A stretch of DNA of 28,974 bases from Chiloscyllium plagiosum. Lineage: Eukaryota. Every line of letters starts with the position of its first letter. The stretch's first letter is position 1. Below, in pieces: positions 10,866 to 22,629 of the stretch. The notes under the pieces were generated by a model. It was not told where the DNA came from and did not search any database. It saw nothing but the letters and a program-made list of their open reading frames with translations. The position numbers and the translations under genes are program-made. Location of the stretch: positions 3,639,255 through 3,668,228 of the forward strand of contig NC_057720.1 of the NCBI RefSeq assembly GCF_004010195.1, given 5' to 3'.

Positions 10866-12454
10866 AGATTTTTAAAAATGTGCTACACCAGGTTGACTAT
10901 GAATAATCATAACCTGAGCTGCCATAAGTATGACTTAACTAAACTTCAGCAAATTTTAACATTGCTTTAAGAGTATTCGTGGCAACTTGAAGGCTCTGTT
11001 TGATGTATGTTATCTAATCTGTTGAAATTGAGCTTGAACAGAAAGAATGTTGCAATTTTCAAACACACTGCGATGGTTGTATTACAAAATGAAAAACTGA
11101 GCGTATCAATGATGTGGGAAGCTGATAGTCGTTTATTTTGACAGATTTATAATAGCTCAGGCATGGGTATTAATGCAGCAAATCTTGACCCAGAAAACAA
11201 CTGTGCTGCTATTGGTTTACTTATAATCAAATACTCTGGCTGCCTGCATTTTGCTGCCCAGTGCTGATTTTGGGAGCAGTCCCATAGCAATGTTCTTGCA
11301 TTGTGCCTGCATTCATTCGTGTAAGTTTGCATGTCAAAGTTAAGCATGTGTGCTAACAGTTCAATGAGTAAGAAAAAAGTGAAACCAATGAAGTGAACTC
11401 TGGGTTTAGTTTGCTCTCTAAATTTATTTGGTGCAGATTCAGGGTAAAGCACAGGGCTGAGCAACTGGGGCATTAAAAGTGAAAGTGGAACTTAAAACAG
11501 CAACTTGCTTTTCACAGGGCTAATTTTACCAGTGTGGTAGAGACTCTCTACTAGAGTCAGAGTTCATTGTGGTTCTTGTACTTTAGCATTACTCATTAGT
11601 CTGATTTGAACTTGCAGATATGTTTTAACTGGCAGCTTCTTTCCACAAGCTGATATTGTTAATCTTTTACTTGGGACCAGAAGCAAGTTTCTTGATCAAA
11701 TAAGGAGAAAATTGATTGTGATCTTAATTTGTTATTAATACTGAAATCACAATACTTCGTTAAAGTTGCAAAACACTTTCTTTAATCTGCTCACCAATTT
11801 TTTTTTTTGGCTTCGGTGACCTATAGTGATCGATATTTTAATATGGTTTGATAGTACTTCTTCCAGTTGCAATTAGTTTGAATTTATTGCCCTTTTTATA
11901 ATCAAAATATGGGTGCTCAGCACATTGCAAATATGCCAGAACATTGAAACAACAGCTGCTTGAGAGTTTGATTTAAAACTTCTAATTGCAAACGCCATAT
12001 ATAGAGGCGTGCTCATAATTTTGATACCTCAATGAAATTTCCCTGAAACATTCTTTCCATTCTTACCTTCCATGGTAGTAAATTACTCCAACACCATATG
12101 AAAGACCTTAACATCTTTCCTACAGCATGTTAAGAATTTGGAGATCACATTCTACTGCAGTCTAATCAATGATTACACAGAGATTTCTTTTTGAGGTGTC
12201 TCTAAAGTGTTATCAAGTTGTCCTGCCACCTTCAGAGATTTGCATATTTTGATTAAAGATGTGTGCAGAATATGTGTTGGAATTTGGATTTTAAATAGAG
12301 GCACGTGGATCTAGGTCAGTTCTGTGAAGGTGATTTATTAAAACAGGTCAGAAAGTGATGGAAGTGCATCAATTCCAAAAAAGCATGTGACTATAGATGA
12401 ACCTGTAGTCTGAAAGGATGGAATATTTATAATGCTGAGTTCACAACAAATCAT

Positions 12455-15400
12455 TATAGAATCATCGAATCATAAAGATGTACAGCATGGAAACAGATCC
12501 TTCGGTCCAACTTGCCCATGCCAACCAGATATCCTAATCTAATCTAGTCCCATTTGCCAGCACTTGGCACATATCCCTCTAAACCCTTCCTATTCATATA
12601 TCCATCCAGATGCCTTTTAAATGCTGTAATTGTACCTGCCTCCACCCCTTCCTCTGGCAGCTCATTCCATACCCACACAGCACTGTGTGGAAAACGTTGC
12701 CCCTTAGGTCCCTTTTATATCTTTCCCTTCTCATCCTAAACCTATGCCCTCCAGTTTTCGACCCCCCCCATCCTAGGGAAAAGACCTTGTCTATTTATCC
12801 TATCCATGGTCCTCATGATTTTATAAACCTCGATAAGATCAATCCTCAGCCTCTGACACTCCAAGGAAAACAGCCCCAGCCTGTTCAGCCTCTCCCTATA
12901 GCTCAAATCCTCCAAACCTGGCAACATAATTGTAAATCTTTTCTGAACCCTTTCACGTTTCACAAAATCCCTCGATAGGAAGGAGACCAGAATTGTACGT
13001 GATATCCCAAAAATGGCCTAACCAATGTCCTGTACAGCTGCAACATGACCTCCAAACTCCTGTACTCAATACTCTGACCAATAAAGGAATGCATACCAAA
13101 TGCTGCCTTCAATATTCTATGTACCTATGACTCTACTTTCAAGGAGCTATGAACCTCATTCCGAGGTCGTTTTGTTCAGCAACACTCCCCAGGACTTTAC
13201 CATCAAGTGTATAAGTTCTGCCCTGATTTGCTTTTCCAAAACGCAGCACCTTAAACTCCATTTGCCACTCCTCTGCCCATTGGGCTATCTGATCAAGATT
13301 CTGTTGTACTCTGAGGTAACCTTCTTTGCTGACCACTAAACTTCCAATTTTGGTGTCATCTGCAAACTTACTAATTATACCTCCTATGTTCACATCCAAA
13401 TCATTTGTATAAATGATGAAAAGCAATGGACCCAGCACCGATCCTTGTGGCACACCACTGGACACAGGCCACCAGTCTGAAAAGCAACCATCCACCACCA
13501 CCCTCTGTCTTCTACCTTCGAGTCAGTTCTGTATCTAAATAGCTAGTTCTCCCTGTATTCTATGACATCTAACCTTGCAAATCAGTCTCCCATGAAGAAT
13601 CTCATCGAATGCCTTACTGAAGTCCATATAGATCAAGTCTGCCACTCTGCCCTCATCAATACTCTTTGTTACTTCTTCAAAAAACTCAATCAGGTTTGTG
13701 AGATATGATTTCCCACACACAAAGCCATGCTGACTGTCCCAAATCAGTCCTTGCCTTTCCAAATACATGTAAATCCTGTCCCTCAGGATTCTCTCCAACA
13801 ACTTGCCCACCACCAATGTCAGGCTCACTGGTCTATAGTTCCCGGGCTTGTCCTTACCACCTTTCTTAAATAGTGGCACCACGTTACCCAACCTCCAGTC
13901 TTCCAGCACCTCACCTATAACTATCGATGATACAAATATCTCAGCAAGGGGCCCAGCAATCATTTCCCCAGCTTCCCACAGAGCTCTGGGATACACTGGA
14001 TCAGGTCCTGGAGATTTATCCACTTTTATCCAAGTTGACTAATGGAGAAAGTTAAGTCACATGGTGTGCAGGGTGTTCTAGCTAGGTGGGTAAAGAACTG
14101 GTTGAGCAACAGGAGACAGAGAGTAGTAGTTGAAGGGAGTTTCTCGAAATGGAGAAAGGTGATCAGTGGTGTTCCGCAGGGGTCAGTGTTGGGGCCACTA
14201 TTGTTTGTGATATACATCAATGACCTAGAAGAGGGCATTGTTGGTGGAGTAGCAGAAAAAGTAAGGGGCTGTCAAAGAATACAGGAGGATATAGATAGAC
14301 TGGAGAGTTGGGCGGAAAAGTGGCAGATGGCTTTCAATCCAGACAAATGTGAGGTGATGCATTTAGGCAAAAATAATTCTGGCGCGAATTATACAATAAA
14401 CAGAAGAGCTTTGGGAAAAGTTGATGGGCAGAGAGATCTGGGAGTACAGGTCCATTGTACCCTGAAGGTTGCTGCACAGGTGGATAGAGTGGTCAAGAAG
14501 GCATATAGTATGCTTGCCTTCATTGGACGGGGTGTTGGTTATAAGAGCTGGCAAGTCATGTTAAAATAGTGCAGGACGTTGGTTCGGCCGCATTTGGAAC
14601 ACTGTGTACAGTTCTGGTCGCCACATTACCAAAAGGATGTGGACGCTTTGGAAAGGGTGCAGAGAAGGTTTACGAGGATGTTGCCTGGTATGGAAGGTGC
14701 TAGCTATGACAAGAGGGTAAGTAGGTTAGATTTATTTTCATGAGAAAAAAGGAGATTGAGGAGGGACCTGAATGAGGTTTACAAAATCATGAGGTTTACA
14801 GGGTGGATAGAGATAAGCTTTTTCCCAGGGTAAAGGATTCCATAATGAGAGGTCACACTTTCAATGTGAGAGTTGGAAAGTTTAAGGGGGATACACGTGG
14901 TAAGTACTTCACACAGAGGGTGGTGGGCGTCTGGAACACATTGCCAGCAGAGGTGGTAGAGGCAGGCACGGTAGATTCATTTAAGATGCGTCTGGACAAA
15001 TGTATGAGTAGGTGGGGAACAGAGGGATACAAATGGTTAGGAATTGACCGACAGGTTTAGACAGTAGATTTGCATCGGCTCAGGTTGAAGGGCCGAAGGG
15101 CTGTAAATGTCCTTTGTTCTTTGTGTTTCAATACATCCAGCACTACTACCTCTGTAATTTGGACATTTTTCAAGATGTAACCATCTACTTTCCCACATTC
15201 TTTATCTTCCATGCCCTTCTCAACAGTAAACACTGATGCAAAATACTCGATTAGTTTTTCCCCCATCTCCTGCAGCTGCACACATGGGCTGCCTTGCTGA
15301 TTTGAGATGCCCTATTTTCGCCCAAGTTACCCTTTTGTCCTTAATGTGTTTACAAAATCCCTTTGGATTCTCATTTCCCCTATTTACCAAAGTTATTGCA

Positions 15401-16080
15401 TGTCCCCTTTCTGCTTTCCTGATCTCCCTCTTAAGTATACTCCTACTGCCTTTATATTCTTCTAAGGATTCATTCGATATCTGCTGTCTATACTTAATAT
15501 ATGCTTCCTTCCGTTTAAACAAAATCTCAATTTCTCTAGTTATCCAGCTTTCTGTACACCTACCATCCTTTCCTTTCACCCTAATAGGAATATACTATCT
15601 CTGGACTCTCGTTATCTTATTTCTGAAGGCTCCCCATTTTCTAGCCATCTCTTTACCTGCAAATATCTGCCCCCAGTCAGCTTTTGAAAGTTCTTACCTA
15701 ATACCATCAAAATTGGTCTTCCTCCAATTTAGAACTTTAACTTTTAGATCTGGTCTATTCTTTTCCATCACTATTTTAAAACTAATAGAATTATGGTCCC
15801 TGATCCCAAAGTGCTCCCCCACTAACACCTCAGTCTCCTGCCCTGCTTTACTTCCCAAGAGTAGGTCAAGTTTTGCACCTTCTCCAGTAGGTACATCCAC
15901 ATACTGAATCAGAAAATTGTCTTGTACACACTTAACAAATTCCTCTCCATCTATACCCTTAATGCTATAGCAGTCCCAGTCTATGTTTGGAAACTTAAAA
16001 TCCTTTACCACAACCACTCTATTATTCTTACAGACAACTGAAATCTCCTTACAAATTTGTTTCTGAATTTCCTGCTTACT
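12455..16080 (-). mobile_element. Long CR1 LINE (endonuclease end, RT, 3' UTR), split by a nested CR1
   Basis: Minus ORFs: DFKFPNIDW...RDHNSISFKI (endonuclease), DKSPGPD...GNYRPVSLT...QHGF...[22 protein letters not shown]...SKFADDTK, and the C-terminus. Host sequence is continuous across 14029/15123. Confidence 0.92.
14030..15122 (+). mobile_element. CR1 LINE 3' fragment nested antisense inside another CR1
   Basis: ORF 14042-14569 with [20 protein letters not shown] (the FADD motif is deleted), then C-terminus and 3' UTR ending ...ttgttctt. Confidence 0.9.
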
Positions 16081-16094
16081 GTTATGAGGTCAGG

Positions 16095-16238
16095 TATAGA
16101 TCACAATGAGCAGTATTAGGCCATGCAGCCCATCAAGTCTGCTCTATCATTCAGACATGGCTGATATGTTTCTCAACCCCATTTCCCTGCCTGCTCACTG
16201 TAACCCTTGATCCCCTTACTAATCAAGAGCCTATCCAT
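16095..16238 (-). mobile_element. CR1 3' end fragment
   Basis: Antisense 3' UTR (aggccatgcagccc...catggctgat...taaccccttgatcccc-like). Confidence 0.6.
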
Positions 16239-16239
16239 A

Positions 16240-17435
16240 CAGGTTACATTGCACGGGGCGTGCGCTAGGGCATGATCAACATTAGTAAGATCAGCATAAT
16301 TTGAAGTTAGAGAGTCCATTCATCAGTCTAATAAGGGCTGGGAAGAAGCTGTTCCTGAACCTGTTAGTGTGTGTGTTCAGGTTTCTGTGTCTTCTGCCTG
16401 ACGGAAGAAATTGTAGGAGAGCATTACTGGGGTGGGAGGGGTCTTTGATGGTATTGGCAGCCTTTCCACAGCAATGGGCCATGTAAATGTAGTCTGTATG
16501 GAAGATTGGCTTCCATGTTAATCTGGGCTGTGCACACAATCTTCTGTCGTTTCTTGTGGTCCTGGTCAGAGCAGTTGCCATACCAGACCGTTGTGCACCC
16601 GGACAGTATGTTTTCAATGGTGCATCTGTAAAGCTTGTGGACTCGCCAGCTTTTCTGAGCTGCCTGACAAAGAAGAGACATTGTTATGCTATCTTGACTA
16701 TCACATCTATGTGAGAAGTCCAGGGCAGGCTGTCAGTTATCATTAATCCGAGGAACTTGATACTCCCACCCCCCTCAACCTTAGTGCTGTTTATGTAGAT
16801 GGGGGGGTGTTCTCTTCCTTTCCTTCTAAAGTCAATGATCAGTTCTTTAGTTTTGCTGACGTTATGAAAGATTGTTACAAAAGAAGGTTATCATTGCACT
16901 GTGACACCAAATCCTCTATCTCCCTTTCTGTATTCTGCCTTGTATTTGTTAGATATCTGTCCGACTATGGTAGAGTCATCAGCAAACTTGTAGGTGATGT
17001 TCTTGTATCCTTGGGCAACTCCAGTGTTGAGTGTTATTGTGGTGGAGGTGCAGTTGTCTATCTTCACTGATTGCGGTCTGTGGGTCAGGAAGTTGAGGAT
17101 CCAGTTGCAGAGGGCAGAGCCAAGACCTTGGTCTTAGGGTTTTGAAGTCAGTCTGGTGGGGGGATAATGGTGTTGAAGGTGGAGCTGTAGTTGATGAGCA
17201 GGGGTCTGATATAGGTGTCTTTGTTGTCCAGGTGTTCCAGGAATGAGTGCAAAACTGGAGAAATGGCATCCGCTCTGGACCTGTTATGTCAGTAGGCACA
17301 TTTTGGGGGACTGGAGTTGGTGTGGGTTATGACATCCCTCAAAACCCTTAATGATTATGGAGGTTAGAGCCATTAGGTAGTAGTCATTAAGGCCCTTTGT
17401 GCATGTTTTCTTTGGTAATGGGATGGTGGTGGTCT
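16240..17435 (-). mobile_element. Rex1/Babar-type LINE remnant
   Basis: YRCTIENILSGCTTVWYGNCS and DPSHP...LPSGRRHR...TNRFRNSFFPALIRLMN are typical of the Rex1/Babar ORF C-terminus. Confidence 0.8.
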
Positions 17436-17484
17436 AGTTGATATTTGGGGCTGAGAGATTTTGTAATCAGTAAGTGTATCAAGG

Positions 17485-17611
17485 AGAAAGTGAGGACTGC
17501 AGATGCTGGCGATCAGAGCTGAAAATGTGTTACTGAAAATCGCAGCAGGTCAGGCAGCATCCAGGGAACAGGAGAATCGACGTTTCGGGCATAAGCCCTT
17601 CTTCAGGAATC
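17485..17611 (-). mobile_element. 127-bp Penelope-derived mini-element, family A, 13-bp TSD
   Basis: TSD AAGTGTATCAAGG at 17472-17484 and 17612-17624. Confidence 0.9.
17574..17611 (-). ncRNA. Minimal hammerhead ribozyme motif, family A, intact core
   Basis: Reverse complement: gattc-CTGAAGA-A-GGGC-TTAT-GCCC-GAAA-CGTC^gattc; stem I has 4 of 5 pairs. Confidence 0.7.
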
Positions 17612-17998
17612 AAGTGTATCAAGGTTAAAGGGAAAAGGCAGGAAAGTGGAGTTGAGGATTCAAATTGAAATTCTCATTCGATCTCATTGAAAGATGGAGC
17701 AGATTTTTTAATAGAATCCCTGCAGTGTGGAAACAGGCCCTTTGGCCCAATAAGTCCACTAACCTCATAGTCCCACAACCCCGAACCGCCCATTTCTACC
17801 TCCTGCCCAAAATCCACAAACCTGACTGCCCCGGACGACCCATCGTCTCAGCCTGCTCCTGCCCAACCGAACTCATCTCGGCATACCTCGACACGGTCCT
17901 GTCCCCATTAGTCCAAGAACTCCCCACCTACGTTCGTGACACCACCCACGCCCTCCACCTCCTCCAGGATTTCCGCTTCCCCGGTCCCCAACGCCTCA

Positions 17999-18964
17999 NN
18001 NNNNNNNNNNNNNNNNNNNNNNNNNNNNNNNNNNNNNNNNNNNNNNNNNNNNNNNNNNNNNNNNNNNNNNNNNNNNNNNNNNNNNNNNNNNNNNNNNNNN
18101 NNNNNNNNNNNNNNNNNNNNNNNNNNNNNNNNNNNNNNNNNNNNNNNNNNNNNNNNNNNNNNNNNNNNNNNNNNNNNNNNNNNNNNNNNNNNNNNNNNNN
18201 NNNNNNNNNNNNNNNNNNNNNNNNNNNNNNNNNNNNNNNNNNNNNNNNNNNNNNNNNNNNNNNNNNNNNNNNNNNNNNNNNNNNNNNNNNNNNNNNNNNN
18301 NNNNNNNNNNNNNNNNNNNNNNNNNNNNNNNNNNNNNNNNNNNNNNNNNNNNNNNNNNNNNNNNNNNNNNNNNNNNNNNNNNNNNNNNNNNNNNNNNNNN
18401 NNNNNNNNNNNNNNNNNNNNNNNNNNNNNNNNNNNNNNNNNNNNNNNNNNNNNNNNNNNNNNNNNNNNNNNNNNNNNNNNNNNNNNNNNNNNNNNNNNNN
18501 NNNNNNNNNNNNNNNNNNNNNNNNNNNNNNNNNNNNNNNNNNNNNNNNNNNNNNNNNNNNNNNNNNNNNNNNNNNNNNNNNNNNNNNNNNNNNNNNNNNN
18601 NNNNNNNNNNNNNNNNNNNNNNNNNNNNNNNNNNNNNNNNNNNNNNNNNNNNNNNNNNNNNNNNNNNNNNNNNNNNNNNNNNNNNNNNNNNNNNNNNNNN
18701 NNNNNNNNNNNNNNNNNNNNNNNNNNNNNNNNNNNNNNNNNNNNNNNNNNNNNNNNNNNNNNNNNNNNNNNNNNNNNNNNNNNNNNNNNNNNNNNNNNNN
18801 NNNNNNNNNNNNNNNNNNNNNNNNNNNNNNNNNNNNNNNNNNNNNNNNNNNNNNNNNNNNNNNNNNNNNNNNNNNNNNNNNNNNNNNNNNNNNNNNNNNN
18901 NNNNNNNNNNNNNNNNNNNNNNNNNNNNNNNNNNNNNNNNNNNNNNNNNNNNNNNNNNNNNNNN
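17999..18964. other. Assembly gap (966 N)
   Basis: Run of N. Confidence 1.
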
Positions 18965-19172
18965 TAACTGTCTTTGCTACTAAACTCATTCCTCAGTCTC
19001 CTCCAGCCAACTCTGCTATCATTCCTTTATAATTATTCTTATTTAAGCTTAGTGCAGTTGTTTCCAGCTCAAATTCCTCCCTTGCAAATGAAATGCGAAA
19101 TTCTATCATGTTATCCTCACTGTTTCCAAGGGGATCTTTTACCCTGAGATCATTTATTGAACCTGCATCACT
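18965..19172 (-). mobile_element. CR1 ORF2 internal fragment (end of endonuclease)
   Basis: Antisense reads DLRVKDPLGNSEDNMIEFRISF...LNKNNYKGM, the SDHNMIEF-equivalent region. Confidence 0.7.
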
Positions 19173-19214
19173 CGCTGCTCACTTTTATCTTCTCCTGCTG
19201 AACACTCTCTGCTC

Positions 19215-19250
19215 ATTCCTGAAGAAGGGCCTGTGCCCGAAACGTCGAAT
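19215..19250 (+). ncRNA. Minimal hammerhead ribozyme motif, family A, best copy
   Basis: ATTC-CTGAAGA-A-GGGC-CTGT-GCCC-GAAA-CGTC^GAAT. Perfect 4-bp stem I (19215-19218 / 19247-19250), 4-bp stem II, ACGU palindrome, GUC triplet with predicted cut after 19246. Confidence 0.8.
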
Positions 19251-19591
19251 CTCCTGTTCCCTGGATGCTGTCTGACCTGCTGTGCTGTTCCAGCAATAAA
19301 GTTTCAACTTTGATCTCCAGCATCTGCAGACCTCACTTTCTCCCCAATAAGTCCACACCGACCTTCTGAAGAGAAACCCACCTACACCCATTCCCCTACC
19401 CTATTATATTTACCCCTGACTAATACACCTAACCTACATATCCCTGAACACGATGGGCAATTTAACATGGCCAATTCACCTAACCTAGACATCTTTGGAT
19501 TGTGGGAGGAAACTGGAGCACCTGGAGGAAACCCACACAGACACAGGAAGAATGTGCAAACTTCACACAGTCATCTGAGGCTGGAATATCA

Positions 19592-19822
19592 GGGTAATAG
19601 AACAGATTACGGAATATAGTGCTACAGCTGCAGTGAAGGTGCAGAGAAAGATCAACTCTGATATGTGAGGGCTCCAGTCATAAGTCAGCTAACGACGGGG
19701 AAGAAGTTGTACATCAATCTGTTGGTACGTGTTTTCAAATTTTTGTATCTTCTGTCCGACGGAAGAGGGTGAGAGAGAGTATAACTGGGGGTGGGAGGGA
19801 TATTTGATTATGTTGGCTGCTG
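19592..19822 (-). mobile_element. Rex1/Babar-type 3' fragment
   Basis: Similar to 16290-16465 (cttctgtccgacggaag...gggtgggaggg). Confidence 0.7.
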
Positions 19823-19839
19823 TGACCATTTGATGAAAC

Positions 19840-20630
19840 TAAGTGCTCTGTATGCTTCCTTAACTACCCTATTAACCTGTTTTCCTCCTTCAGGGATCTG
19901 TAGACCAGCACTCTAAGCTACTTCTGTACCTTTGAACTTCTTGGTGTCCTGCTGTTCATTGAATATTCCCGTGTGGTGGTACCACTTCCAGAGTGCATCA
20001 TCTCTCACTTTTCAGGGTTAACTTCTGTCTGCCACTGATCTGCTCATCTGACAAATCCATCTATCCTCTTGTATTGTAAGGTTTTCCTCACTGTCAACCA
20101 CCCAGCCAATCTTTGTGTCATCTGCAAACTTACTTATCATTTTCCCCTCCACAAACAATCTCTATTGTTTATAAATGATAAACAATAACGGACCCAGCAT
20201 TAATCTTGTGGTATGCCACTGGACACTAGACTCCACACAAAACCTTCTACCAACACTGTCTCATCCCACTAAGAATGTTTTGGATCCAACCTGCCATGTT
20301 ACTCTGGATCCCATGTGTTGTTACTTCCTTCCCACATTTTTCTGAAATTCGTATAAATGACATCAACTGCACACCTGGTCACCTTGAAAAATTCTATCAA
20401 ATTTGTTAGGCATGACCTCCCTCTGGCTAATCCTTATGACCACTGATTAAACTTTGTGTCTCCAAGTGGAAATGAATCATTTTCTTCAGAATTTTCTCCA
20501 ATTGTTTCCCTATCACTGATGGAACACTAACTGGGCTGTAATTTTCTGGTTGATCTCTACAATCCTTCTGGAAAAGTGGAACCACATTAGCTGTTTCCCA
20601 GTCCTCTGTCATCTTCCTGTGGCCAGGGAG
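19840..20630 (-). mobile_element. Decayed CR1 RT region
   Basis: gtgtcatctgcaaacttac (antisense SKFADDT); ORF EDWETANVVPLFQK...ENYSPVS. Confidence 0.8.
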
Positions 20631-21244
20631 AATTGTAGGGGGTGCAGAGAATTTTCAGCAGGATGTTGCCTGAGATAGAGGCTGGATTATTTCAGGTTGT
20701 TTTCTTTAAAACAGTGTGATTGCCCTCTTTTCCTTCCTGAGTTTTACCTATAAAGCCTTACTTGAAGACCCTTCCAAGATATCATCCCTTCTCATTGCAG
20801 TGACTGAATTAATAATCCAACACCACTACTTCTTATACCCTACCCTGTGCTATGTGAAATCCTATACCCTGGAATGTTGAATTGTTAGTCGTGATCCTCT
20901 CTCAACCATGTCTCTACGATGGCAACAACGTTGCATTCAGCATGTCTATCTGGTTGTCTGTAATACTCCCAGCGTTAAATTAGAGGCCATCCAGCTTCAC
21001 CTTGTTCCTTGAAACTCAATATGGCTGAACTCCCTCTGCCTTGGTTCTTGTAAATCATTATGCAGTGTCCCTACTGAACTAATGCTGTCAACCTTCTCCC
21101 ACTGAATCAGTTTAAACTCTTTCCAACAGTGGTAGCAGATGCACACTATTGTAGATTATAGTTAACTAGTAGTTTAGTTGTGACATTCTCATGTCATAAC
21201 CTTCACGACCTGCTTTTGACTCTGGATGGATATGAAGTTTTGGA

Positions 21245-21304
21245 ATCCATGGACAAGTTGGGTCAAAGGGCCTGTTTCCTTGCTGTATGATTCTATGACT
21301 CTAT
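21245..21304 (+). mobile_element. CR1/HE1 shared 3' tail
   Basis: ggacaagttgggtcaaagggcctgtttccttgctgtatgattctatgactcta. Confidence 0.65.
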
Positions 21305-21626
21305 TTTTGCATTTGATTTTCTCCCTATCCAGACTGACTCCGTATTTGTTGGTTAGAATTACCTATTAATATATGACAATATTTTGTAATTTGTTTATAA
21401 ACACATGTTGAGCTGAGTTTTCTTACAAAGATTTTGTTCAGTATTGGGCATGAAATTTGCACACTGTCAGTTTGGTTGTTATTCTTCCCCATAATTGCCT
21501 CGTCTTTACGTTTTACCACTAGAGAGTTGTGAAAGGATTCTAAAAACTTGCTTGTTATTCCTAAATGTTTAAAACCGATGTGTACAAGACAGATGGCTTC
21601 ATTAAATCTTTTCTCAACACCTATAG

Positions 21627-21808
21627 GTGTCCTCAAGGATTATCTGAGGGAACTGCCATCTCCTTTAATAACAAAGGAATTGTATGAAACAGTTCTCGAT
21701 GCCATGGCTAAGCAGCCCCTCAAGATTACATCTTCTGGATGTGAGAATGATCACAGCGACTCTGAATATACAGTTGGTCTCTTGGACTGCCTGCCTGAGG
21801 TGGAGAAG
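21627..21808 (+). CDS. SYDE2: Internal coding exon of a Rho GTPase-activating protein, SYDE2-like (RhoGAP domain)
   Basis: AG acceptor at 21625-21626 after a pyrimidine-rich tract; GTATGA donor at 21809. The exon reads (G)[60 protein letters not shown], with the RhoGAP 'LK.YLRELP.PLIT' motif, and is near-identical to the vertebrate SYDE2 segment as I recall it. Phase 1 start, phase 0 end. Confidence 0.9.
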
Positions 21809-22629
21809 GTATGAATGAAGAGCCTATGTCTGATCAAACCTCTATTACTAATATAACCCATTTCTTTCTTATGTATAACACTTTTTAGAATTGATTATAA
21901 TTTGGGAAAAAAAAAGTAAATGGTGAGTTTTGTGAAACCAGCTACTTGTCCCGTCTAGTCTGTTGTCACACACAGCATTCAGACATGTTTTCTTTTTTCC
22001 ATCATTTTTATTCTTTGTTTGATCTGTAAGTAAGTAATATATTCTTCATTGAGCCTCAAAACATTATTCCAAATGTGAATTAGTTAATCATAATTTTACG
22101 ATTTGTGAAAACAAGTCTGTTGTGGAGTGAGGTTGAGTTTTTAACATTATTTAATAAATTGGATTACAATATGATTCTGCTCTGTATTGTTAATTTCTTG
22201 CTGTTACAATCATTGCTATAATATGTAGTATGTACACTTAAAATCATGAAATAATTTAGCAGAATAGTTTGTTTTAGTGAGGATGATGTAAAGTTCTGAT
22301 TAAATTTGGTGATCTGTGCTCCCGGTGTTCTGCCTTATTGGAACAAGCACTATCAGATTGTAGCTACAATGTTCCTCTGCTCCCTTTCGTTTTGATCCAG
22401 TATGGAGATTTTTAATGTTTGCAATGATAACAAGTGGGTTTTTGTTTGGTTTTATTGCAGCTGAATATCGAGGTGGTGATAATTAGCCCATTCAGATGTT
22501 ATATTTGGTGTGAGTTTCTCTTCAGCGAGGTGTTTTATCTGATGTGTTAATGATCATATTATCTCCTTTACATAAGAAACTAGGACTGGATATTATAGTA
22601 TTGAAGAATCCAACATACATTTATCATAG

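Larger units (their letters stand above)
17445..17703 (+). mobile_element. CR1 3' end fragment, host of a family A insertion
   Basis: ggctgagaga...aagtgtatcaagg continues as ttaaagggaaaaggcaggaaagtggagttgagg once 17485-17611 is removed. Confidence 0.6.
17760..19342 (+). mobile_element. 5'-truncated Penelope-like retroelement (RT fragment plus family A terminus), 14-bp TSD, spans the gap
   Basis: TSD CCCAATAAGTCCAC at 17746-17759 and 19343-19356. Open frame [40 protein letters not shown]...VRDT carries the PLE RT signature Y.LPKIHK...GRPIVS. Confidence 0.8.
17712..19590 (-). mobile_element. HE1-like SINE split by a Penelope insertion (pieces 17712-17759 and 19343-19590)
   Basis: cagtgtggaaacaggccctttggcccaataagtccac|accgacc... 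matches the intact antisense copy at 25840-26145. Confidence 0.85.

Noticed and set aside
15236..15907. 223-aa plus-strand ORF
   Set aside because: Antisense shadow of CR1 ORF2; the same applies to most short ORFs in the track.
16095..17703. Oppositely oriented CR1 3' ends flanking the Rex1 remnant, as if terminal inverted repeats
   Set aside because: The copies are clearly diverged and no TSD is visible; independent insertions of an abundant family are simpler.
17665..19032. Long ORFs of 455, 353 and 343 aa
   Set aside because: They run through the N gap; only about 17760-17998 is real PLE RT coding sequence.
21548..21626. N-terminal part of the 88-aa ORF
   Set aside because: Lies upstream of the splice acceptor and is intronic read-through.
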